Below, piece after piece: positions 54,223 to 64,000 of a stretch of 64,000 nucleotides of DNA; position 1 is the first letter of the stretch, and the number at the start of each line of letters is the position of its first letter. Source of the DNA: Lytechinus pictus. Its lineage: Eukaryota. The notes under the pieces are model-generated. The model saw only the letters and a program-made list of their open reading frames with translations. It was not told the origin of the DNA and made no database searches. Location of the stretch: positions 17,920,001-17,984,000 of the forward strand of contig NC_087251.1 of NCBI RefSeq assembly GCF_037042905.1. The letters run 5' to 3'. Both the position numbers and the translations under genes were made by a program.

Positions 54223-54814
54223 AGGGGAGTCCAACCCAAATAAAAACTTGTTTTTATAAGGAAAAGAAAAATCAGATAAGTTGATGGGTGAAAGTTTGAA
54301 CAATATTGGACAAACAAGAAAGTTGTGAATTTTTAAAAGTTGTAAATATTGGTAATCACTATACCCATGGAGACTTCAAATTGGCCGCATATGGGATGTC
54401 ATAGTGATGTAAGGCAAGGACTACTCTTCCATGTACTCCAATACATATTATGGCTAAAATGTCATTTTTCCCAAAAGTTTTATTTCAAATTATATTTTTC
54501 TTTCATGAGGACATAACAAAATATACTACCTGGGTTATATTTAGATTAATGCCCCAGGGGAATGGGTACTTAGGAGAAAACCACAAATCCCTGATAATAA
54601 AGTACATGGCCTATGGGAAAGTTGTCCTTGCCCCTTGTCATAATTTACTTACACAGTTGCCAATTTGAAATCTACATAGTATTAGTAATCTCAATTTTAA
54701 AGCAGCTATAACTTTCTAATTGCTTGTCCGATTTCTTTCAAACTTTCACCATTCTGTTTGATTTACTTTTCTCCTTCCCAAGACAACATTTCATTGCCAA
54801 GGCTGGATTCCCCT
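54223..54814. mobile_element. TTAA-flanked MITE (Kolobok-like)
   Basis: TTAA|AGGGGAGTCCAACC...GGCTGGATTCCCCT|TTAA. Confidence 0.85.
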
Positions 54815-55136
54815 TTAATTGACATCAATATGATCATCATGATGAAAACTGAACTTTTATTACAAAAAGAACATGTTGAATACTCTTGAAAAGAGGGAAC
54901 TGAGAAGTTTTGTAAAAAGAGTAGGTCATACACATATGTACATGTTATATCAAAAGGGATTTTAATCTCTTTTATTGTGCAATATTTTAACTTATATACC
55001 TTGTAATAGTAGTAATGGTCATAAAGGACCATTTAAGAAATGTTGAAAAGAAAAAAAAAGAAAAAAAAATCTCATGTTCACACCTGGGCTCGAACCGTGG
55101 ACCCTTGAGATGCATGTCTGATGCCTTGTTACAACC

Positions 55137-55375
55137 GATAATGTCGCACCAACGCATAATGTCGCAGTACGACAATACACCAGACGGTGGACTGTACTGT
55201 TTCCAGAAGAAGAAGAAGATTGCGACATTATGCCAAAAGCGTCCGACGCATAATGTCGCAGTCAACGCATAATGTTGTAGTTTTTCTAACGCATAACGTC
55301 ACATGACGCAACGCATAATGTCGCAGCAAATTTCTAACGCATAACGTCACATGTCACAACGCATAATGTCACAGC
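55137..55375. repeat. Cluster of about 9 ACGCATAATGTCGCA-type motifs, one inverted; probable transposon subterminal array
   Basis: Direct inspection; adjoins a decayed minus-strand tRNA-like segment at 55073-55135. Confidence 0.75.
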
Positions 55376-56148
55376 GGAATTTTCTTCATGACTCGAGCTA
55401 CAGATAAGATATAAAATATGCTTTCACTAAGTATTTTGAGACACGAGAAAGAGAATTAAGTGATTTGGAAATCAGGATTACTCTTTGTATGGATATTTAT
55501 CGGTTTATTGCCATTTCGTCTACTGCCTTTTTCCCCACTTTCACATGGTCTGATATCATTTCGTCTACCATTAGTTAGTCAACTATCAACATAGATATTA
55601 TAAATAATTATTATTACAATAATGATTATTTATAATTAAGTTTTAAATTTTATTATTTGTTAAATAATAATTTGTATCTATAAATTGTTCTTCAAATCGG
55701 CATTTTGTAACATTGCTTATCGGAGCTACGTACATGTACGTCATAACGAAGTGGTTCAAGGGTCAAGCCTATTGTATGTGCGGTGTATACGAATGGATCG
55801 AGGGATCTACACGAGATCGGTCTGGTAAGAAACCTCTCATTTTTAACCTTTTTATATCATAATATCATGAATTGTATATTATGATATTTACCGGCCGATG
55901 CAAGTATTTTTTAAAATCTAGGTTGGCACTGCTCATGATTTTGCCGCCCTCTATAGACGCGTCGCTAGGATGCAATCACAAAGGAGACAAGATGGCGTGA
56001 ATAACATGTAAGTAAAACGCTCTTCTACTTTTAATAATTTCATTCCATTTTAGCGTCATTCTATTAAAAATAATAACAATTTTTTTGCCAAACGTTGCCA
56101 ACCAACATTATCGCCCATTGACATAAGTGTTAACATCACATTCTAAAC

Positions 56149-56646
56149 CACTTGTTCACTGCAACCACCCTGCCTGTGGATAATCTACAGGTAGGACTAT
56201 GGCAAGCCAATGCTGTACAGAGCACACACTTTACAAAATCATTAAAATATCATTTTTGTGACCAAAATTACTAATTTCCATACAGTTGCAATTTATTTTT
56301 CATAAGTAACTTGGGAATAATTTTTGTATTCACTAGAGCGCTCAAAAACTTGAATTTTGGGCATATTTTTGTGTACGCCCTCTATTGGTGGAAAATAATA
56401 GGGCAAGAAAATTTTCATTTTTTTAATCTCTATTTTCAATTAAGAAAAAAATAATTTAAAGAATCAAATTTACCTAAAGGCCAAGTTGTATGACGAATAG
56501 GTGTAATGGAAACTGTCAGTGTAAAAAAATCAAGCATTTGTCCCAAAGAAAAAGAGAAAATCCAAACATTGCCATCCTTATTTTGCCACACATGGAGATA
56601 CAACTGAGGACAAGGTTATATCATAACCTTGTTCATTGAATGAGTG
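56149..56646. mobile_element. Non-autonomous DNA transposon with 8-bp TSD (hAT- or P-like)
   Basis: TTCTAAAC|CACTTGTTCA...TGAATGAGTG|TTCTAAAC. Confidence 0.88.
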
Positions 56647-57089
56647 TTCTAAACATAACTAGCAGTTTGGCGCATTATTATTGTTGCCCGATTCGTCGGT
56701 GTGTGTGAGCCTATGGCATCACGACCCAGGCTTCATGGGGAGTAAGCCTACATATAGTAGATGACTTTTACTCCCCAGAAGCCTCGAGGCTACGCACATC
56801 TACAAGCGCAAAGCAGCGGCACAAATCGCAATATAATAGCGACTGGTAAATACGTCTGTAAAGATGATGACGTCATCCAAGATGGCAACTTATGTTGACC
56901 AATGAAAGGATCGAAGATGACTATGTTTTCATCATCATTTGAAAGGAATTAGCGGTAACTCCGATCTAAGGTACGATATTTCTGAATTTTTATATATTTT
57001 TCCTAAAATTCGATGTAATTTCTTTTTTATAATGAGACATTTTTATGTACAAAAAAAAGATCAGAAAATCGGGTTTCCGCCCACTCATC

Positions 57090-57901
57090 CACTTGTTCAC
57101 TGCAACCATCCTGCCTGTGGAGAATCTACAGGTAGGACTATGGGGTCATTCCATCTGGATTCACCCAGTAGTTGCACCCGACCGTCTCAGAATTCTTTGT
57201 AATTTGGTACACATAAAATTCACCATGGCCCACGTACAAAACAAAAAAAATAAGTCCAATTGGTCCGTCGGTTCTCGCGCTACGGCCCGCCCTTTTCTCC
57301 TTGTTTTGACAAAAATGGGCGTGACCTTCAACTTTCAATGGCCACTGCCTCGTAATGTGTTGACCAATTTTCATGAAACTGGTACCATTTATTAGGAAAT
57401 TCAGAGAGGAATCCAAAACATGCATCAAATAATGTATTGGAGCGATTTATAAGGTCGTGACCTTTGACCTTTACTTTGACCTTGAATTTGACCCCGGACA
57501 AATAATTTTTTAACTTGATTTTCGTGTATGTTAATTATTAGTATGATATCGACAAAATATGTTAAAACCAAAGATGATATTTTATTTCTTCACCTTTAAA
57601 AACTCTTCCAAAGATACCATGAAATTTCACTCTAGTCCCACATACTAATATTCATGTTAGTAAAAGTGTTTACCAGTTACATGATTTCTTCCAATCTTAA
57701 GTTACAGTATGCAAACACATGAAAAGAAATTAAGCTCATCAGTTCACAAATGAAACATTAGACATTTATGCTCATGAATAGGTATCTGTTTAGGCATTTT
57801 GATGTTCAGCAATATATATCATATATATATTCTTGTTAGTACAGTGTTTACTTTTATCATCAAATTGTTGAGTATATGCCTATTTATTAACAAGAAGATA
57901 T

Positions 57902-57947
<46 letters not shown>

Positions 57948-59177
57948 GTATATGTATGATATATATTGCTGAACATCAGAATGCCTAAACAGATACCTAT
58001 TCATGAGCATAAATGTTTAATGTTTCATTTGTGAACTGTTGAGCTTAATTTCTTTTCATGTGCATACATACTGTAACTTAAGATTGGAAGAAATCATGTA
58101 ACTGGTAAACACTTTACTAACATGAATATCAGTATGTAGGACTAGAGTGAAATTTCATGGTATCTTTGAAAGAGTTTTAAAAGGTGAAGAAATAAAATAT
58201 CATCATTGATTTTAACATATTTTGTCGATATCATACTAATAATTAACATACACGAAAATCAAGTTAAAAAATTATTTGTCCGGGGGTCAAATTCAAGGTC
58301 AAAGTATAGGTCAAAGGTCACGACCTTATAAATCGCTCCAATACATTATTTGATGCATGTTTTGGATTCCTCTCTGAATTTCCTAATAAATGGTACCAGT
58401 TTCATGAAAATTGGTCAACACGTTACGACGCAGTGGCCATTGAAAGTTGAAGGTCACGCCCATTTTTGTCAAAACAAGGAGAAAAGGGCGGGCCGTAGCG
58501 CGAGAACCGACGGACCAATTGGACTTATTTTTTTTGTTTTGTGTGTGGGCCATGGTGAATTTTATGTGTACAAATATACAACGAATTCCGAGAGGGTCGA
58601 GTGCAAAATTGCACATTCATCATTGGGTGAATTGGCATGGAATGACCCTATGGTTACCTCGGGCGATGTTCGTGCAGGCTCCACTCCACTTCACTACCGC
58701 TACACTCCGCTCCACCTACCCGAACATCGGGACCGTGAACCATTTCGGATATACCGAGTCACAAAGGTGGGATGGCAATCATGATAATCGTTAAAAAAAA
58801 TTTAAAAAATATAACGAAAAAGATGATTGACTTTACTCTACACCCGTATTTCACTCCGTTTCCATCCTCCTGTTATCCTCAAAATTGGTGATTTTGGGCC
58901 AGTATCTTTTTCCTCACACGTATTATTCACGGCCGATTTCAAAACATCACATGCAATGTTTTGAAATCATGCGATGTTTTGAAATCAAATTTACTTAAGA
59001 GCCAAGTTATATAATGAAAAGCTGTAATGGAATCTGACAGTGTAAAATATCAAGCATTTGTCCAAAACTTAAAAGAAAAAGAGAAAATAAGCCAAACATT
59101 GTCAATCTTATTTTGCCACACATAGAGATGTAACTGAGAACAAAAATAATATCATAACCTTGTTCATTGAATGAGTG
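57090..59177. mobile_element. Sister 8-bp-TSD element, interrupted by a nested palindromic transposon
   Basis: CACTCATC|CACTTGTTCA...TGAATGAGTG|CACTCATC; shares ~54 bp of left end and ~190 bp of right end with 56149-56646. Confidence 0.88.
57143..58648. mobile_element. 1506-bp fold-back DNA transposon with 4-bp TSD (possibly Sola2-like)
   Basis: TATG|GGGTCATTCCAT...ATGGAATGACCC|TATG; ~700-bp inverted arms around a ~50-bp spacer; mirror ORFs appear in the track. Confidence 0.9.
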
Positions 59178-59633
59178 CACTCATCCTACGAATGAGGTTA
59201 TGTTACTATTGTTAGATCTAACGTTTAGTTACTGCTAATACGTTGGCTGTACGTACGGGCCAAGAACTGTTCAGTCTAACGTTATGTATAATTGGTGAGT
59301 GGAGCCAACGCAGTTCAGCGGAACAACCAAAATACACCCAAGGGTTCATAAATCATTATATGCCGCCGCGCACAGAAAAATCAAGCCATAGGGCATAGTC
59401 TAGAAGTCGTGTGTTGTGGACACCAGAAGTGAGATCCCCGCACTCGCGACCCACTAGTTAGAAATCCACTGCCAAACGCGGTTCATGGTGCGAGGTTAGT
59501 ATACTAATACTAATATTTACTAACCTCGCAATTTGTGTGAATGCCAAAATACAGAGACTGAAGCTTTTGCCTACCCATGGGCATGGCCATGCCCATTTGC
59601 CTTTTGGCATTTAGGCCTACATTATAGTTAGTA

Positions 59634-60136
59634 TATGGTAGTGGATCGTATTACTGAACACTTTTCATGAATTCAATCATATCAAACACATTATTCTCAT
59701 AAAATTCACCAAACTTTCACCATGAATATACAATTAGGCCTACCTACAAAATATAAATATGTAAAAATTTGGCCGAAATCGTTTTTCCTATTATGATATT
59801 AGCTTCCAAGTTCCAATCGGACCCCTCTTCGCATGTGAAATATTTTGGTCACTTGAAAAAGGTATCGTATTACCGAACGTGTGTTTTCTATGGGAAAAGT
59901 TGAGAAAACAACAAAGTCACCGATGCGCTATTTTGACCATATCTTATTGTTTTTCGAATATTAAGACTTTGAAATTGTGTTTTTGACAATTTTTCATCAT
60001 CTTTCTAATTCTATTCAACTTCAAGTTCTCTTTGAAAGGATGTTGCAAAATTTTGAGCGTATGAAATTATTTTCTGATGCGTATGATGCGCACGTTCGGT
60101 AATACAAGGCCGGTCGGTAATACAATCACTCACTAT
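59634..60136. mobile_element. Non-autonomous DNA transposon with imperfect TIRs
   Basis: Left tagtggatcgtattactgaac, right gtcggtaatacaatcactcacta; internal GTATTACCGAAC repeats. Confidence 0.55.
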
Positions 60137-61909
60137 ACTTTTTATACAAGCCTCTACTCTAGTAAGACTGAGAGAGAGAGCTGAGCCTGGCCTGGTGAGG
60201 CGGCCTCAATATTTTATCATGACACAAAGTTCAATGAATGGGACTGAACTGAAGATTTTCCATATCAAAAAAATATTTCGAAAGTAATCTGCCTCATAAT
60301 AAAAACTATTCCTAGGAAGTATGATTACACATACCATAATACCTTTATCCTACTCTGGAGCAATCTCCATGGCCATGCAGGGTCGGAAGACATAGTTTCT
60401 AACGTTTAAAATGTATGAGATATTTGCTTATTTGTTCGTCTTCGGAAATCAATTTAGACCGCTACAAAATTTAGGCTCAAATGAAATTCTTAATCTAAAT
60501 CCATTTTTTTTTCATAAAAAAAAAATTAATGCACATTTTAAGTCATTAAAAATAAATTTTAAGTTTTTTTTTATATTTATTACTAACACAATACTAATGT
60601 GATGTTATTTGAAGCCATTATATCCAGTATTACTGCCTGATCTTTATTACCGTTGCAGCACAGCATTTCGTCTGACAAGTTGTCGGGGGGGGGGGGGCTC
60701 GGATTTCACCGGGAAAGTATTTTTTTTTAAACGGGACTAAAGGAGAAAATGGAGGGAGAAAAAAGGGGAAGGGAAAGGAACTTGAAGGGGGAAAGAGGAA
60801 AGGAGGAAAAGGAAAGGGAAAGGAAAAACGTGAAAAGAATTTCTAAGAAAAAGCATAAAAGATGGAAAACGGAAGGAAAGTGGGAAAAAAGAGCGAAATT
60901 TGTGAGAAAGAACAAACCATTCCGAAGTAGCCCTACTAATATTGGCATGGATAAAAAAGGGAAATGAATAATTAAAAGGTGACAAAATGGCAAACATAGT
61001 CAGGCAGCATATGTCATGATTTACCGACTACTTCGAAAAATTGGCTAAGTCTGATTTTTCACTTTTATGTGATTGGTGACATCACAAGGAGGAACAACTT
61101 TCAACTTGGTGACAAATTTGTAATGGTCATCTTGACCATGTTAGGGGTCAAAATGGGGTCAATAGGGGTCAATTTTTGGAATTGCTCCAATTCTGTCGAG
61201 TCATACATCAAATTTTGTCTTGTTATATTAAACAAGAAGATGTTCACAACCAAATACTCTTGACCTCCCGTTAAATAGTTATGACCGGAAATATCAAAGG
61301 TCAACGAACTTTCGTTAAATGGTAAATTACACTGAAGGTGTTAAGAAAGCTATTTTTTTTTCTTTTTTATATGTGTGTACTTCTTAAATTTCTATTTTTA
61401 TAAGTTCATCTTCAGAAGTCCTTATCCAGAAGATATACATGGTCAAGACAAGGTCAGGGAAAGGTCAAATGGTCAACAAACTTTCATTGGTAGCCAAAAT
61501 ACACAAAAAACGGTTAGAATCTTAGAAGTTGGTTCTTTATTTTGAAAAGTCTCTATCTAAGAAGACATTATCCATTAGATAAAAAAAGGGGTAAAATGTG
61601 CTCACTTATAAAATAGATAAACAGAGGTAGACGTCGAATACATTCAGTGTGGTATCATAGTATTGCAGGAATACCTTGAAACGACTTGACAAACCATAAT
61701 GCCCTTGAATCGTATTATCTTCATGATGTTACGTGCAACCAGCTCCTCTGACTTTCTTGATTTAGGAATTCAATTCAAGTCCAATTCATTTTCAATTTAC
61801 TAGTCTTTGATATGTAAAGAAACATTTCATCCATTTGCTTTGTACAGAATATTTTAATAAACAGAAATTATTGTAATGTATTGGGGGTATATGTGTAATA
61901 CAGTATTAC

Positions 61910-62440
61910 ACGTATTTCGAATAAGTAACTAAGTATTTCGAATAAGTAACTACATGTACGTATTTCGAATAAGTAACTACGTATTTCGAATAAGTAACTG
62001 CGTATTTCGAATAAGTAACTACGTATTTCGAATAAGTAACTACGTATTTCGAATAAGTAACTACGTATTTCGAAGTAACTACATATTTTAAATAAGTAAC
62101 TACGTATTTCGAATATGTAACTACATATTTCGAATAAGTAAATGCGTATTTGAATAAGTCGAATAAGTATATGTATTTGAATAAGTAACTACGTTTTTCG
62201 AATAAGTAACTACGTATTTCGAATAAGTAACTGCATATTTCGAATAAGTAACTATGTATTTCGAATAAGTAACTACGTATTTCAAATAAGTAACTACGTA
62301 TTTCGAATAAGTAACAAGTAAGTAACTTCACATTTTGAATAAGGAATAAGTAACTAGCTTCACATTTTGAATAAGGAATAAGGAATAAGTAACTAACTTC
62401 ACATTTTGAATAAGGAATAAGGAATAAGTAACTAACTTCA
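61910..62440. repeat. 21-bp minisatellite (CGTATTTCGAATAAGTAACTA), about 19 copies, then 3 derived ~33-39-bp units
   Basis: Direct inspection; gives the 7-aa periodic ORF 61906-62331. Confidence 0.95.
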
Positions 62441-62559
62441 CGGACCTAAAAATGAGAGCGTTCATAAACATTGGTCAAATTTAAATGATAACTTTATGGA
62501 AGTTTATATAAGAATGTAAGCTTTAAGAATATAGAAAATATATATGTTCAACATTTTAA

Positions 62560-63158
62560 AGGGATGGTCCGGGCTGAAAATATTTATATCTAAATAAATA
62601 GAGTAAAATTCACAAAGCAAAATGCTGAAAATTTCATCAAAATCGGATAACAAATAACAAAGTTATTGAATTCTAAAGTTTATCAATATTTTGTGAAAGC
62701 AGTTATATGCACATCGTCATGAATATTCATTAGGTGGGCTGATGAAGTCATATTCCCCACTGTCCTTTTTCTTATGTTATTAAGTGAAATCATAATTGTT
62801 TAATAATTTTCATACATGTGTAAATGATGTGTCTCCATTATGATAAAATAAGATGCGGCAATACATGACTAATGCACTTAATAAGTTGTCAATCCAATTG
62901 TTTGAGTTCTTGGTAGAAACATTTTTAATAAACCTAATTTTTATATAATGAAATACAAAAATGACATCATCATCAGCCCACCTAATGAATATTCATGAAG
63001 ACATGCCTAGAACTGTTTTACCGGAATAATGCAAATCTTTAAAGTTAAATAACTTCGTTATTTGATATCCGATTTTGATCAAATTTCGATCATCATTTTG
63101 CTCTGTGAATTTTACTCTATTTATTGAGATATAAATATTTCCAGCCTGGACCATCCCT
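62560..63158. mobile_element. TTAA-flanked MITE, same family as 24423-25004, opposite orientation
   Basis: TTAA|AGGGATGGTCCGGGCTG...CAGCCTGGACCATCCCT|TTAA; interior is reverse-complementary to the first copy. Confidence 0.92.
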
Positions 63159-63198
63159 TTAAAGTTGAGGAGTCGAGACTATTTGCTTTAACACTTAA

Positions 63199-63600
63199 AG
63201 GCCCGAATTCTCGAAGGGTGGCTAACTTAGCCCATGGTGCTAAATCGCGTCATTTGACGTCATTTAGCCCATGGTGCTAAATTTTGCATTTCTCGAAGCT
63301 CGGCTAACTTAGCCCGGGCTAAATCGTGGGCTAAATCGCGTCATTTGACGTCACAAATTTAGCCACCCCTTTGGCCATGGGCTAAATCGTGGGCTAAATT
63401 AGCCCACTGATTTTGACCAATCAGAAAGCAGATTATCAACATGAACAATAATTGTTTTATTTTCTGCATCGCGAGAACGAGCCGACGATATGGACGGGAA
63501 GGGGGTCGTAATGCCGTATTTATCTTCACATCTTCGAACAAAACCGTAAGTATGCATTTTGACGTAAGAGTTTTGATCATTGTAGAGCCTTCGGCTGATT
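63199..63600. mobile_element. Left end of a Harbinger-like transposon with TTAGCCC/GGGCTAA subterminal repeats
   Basis: AGGCCCGAATTCTCGAAG start followed by many TTAGCC/GCTAA motifs in both orientations; other end not in the window. Confidence 0.6.
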
Positions 63601-63759
63601 TTTCATTTATCTGTGCCAACGCGAAATATCAGAATATGATTCGGAATACCTGATGATGCGGAAGTCTTACATCAAGAGTTACAGCATGAAGTAATGACAC
63701 AGTCCCATACGTTCAGACGTTCATACGTTTAGACATCAACGAGGTGTCTCCAGAGATGA

Positions 63760-64000
63760 TCCACGATCGTCTTCAGTAATAAAGACAGCTCAAATACAAT
63801 TAACGCTCGGCCTTTAAATATTTTACAATGGAATGCCCAAAGCATGAATGCTCACGGTCCAGACTTTTACAAAGAGCTAATAGAAAATGTAGAATTAAAC
63901 TCCATCCCTGCCTTGATATGTTTACAAGAACCATGGTTCACTGATTTTAATATATTAGCAATTCCAGATTTCATCCCAGTAATAAAAAATAGAGGCCAAG
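63760..64000 (+). mobile_element. Start of a LINE ORF2, AP-endonuclease domain (I/Nimb-like), running off the window
   Basis: Stop-free frame PLNILQWNAQSMNAHG...ALICLQEPWF...KNRGQ contains the ILQWN and ICLQE.W APE motifs; absent from the ORF track because it has no stop in the window. Confidence 0.85.

Noticed and set aside
57045..58794. Pairs of near-identical ORFs on opposite strands
   Set aside because: Mirror images produced by the palindromic transposon; no recognisable domain.
60727..60997. Lys/Glu-rich and Phe/Leu-rich overlapping ORFs (also 17149-17602)
   Set aside because: Translations of purine/pyrimidine low-complexity tracts.
61906..62331. Regular short repeats resembling a CRISPR array or repeat protein
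   Set aside because: Head-to-tail 21-bp units with no unique spacers, no cas genes, eukaryotic context.

Overview
Eukaryotic, AT-rich, repeat-dense genomic DNA. Repeat types and gene style suggest an invertebrate deuterostome, probably a sea urchin (inference). One protein-coding gene is recognisable: the 5' part of a KIAA0586/TALPID3 (centriolar ciliogenesis protein) homologue on the minus strand. I could chain 8 coding exons by hand (51904 to 46546, all GT-AG, phases compatible, about 615 codons). I found no further exon in the remaining 46 kb. The rest is non-coding: tRNA-derived SINEs, TTAA-, TA- and TWA-flanked MITEs, Helentron-associated (pearl/Tsp/DINE-like) elements with ~156-bp tandem cores, two LINE fragments, micro- and minisatellites, and a nest of transposons at 55-61 kb upstream of the gene. 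Most notable: (1) a 72-nt fully foldable tRNA-like gene with a UCA (UGA-reading) anticodon but a non-Sec fold and an immediate T6 terminator, in a (TA)n-flanked element (2029-2100, minus); (2) a (TA)n-flanked ~200-bp fold-back with a variant minimal hammerhead core, Penelope-like (8525-8722); (3) a 1.5-kb near-perfect palindromic transposon nested in one of two sister 8-bp-TSD elements with different interiors; (4) a probably MITE-derived splice acceptor in TALPID3. I cannot claim a wholly new multi-gene system. Most ORFs in the supplied track look spurious.
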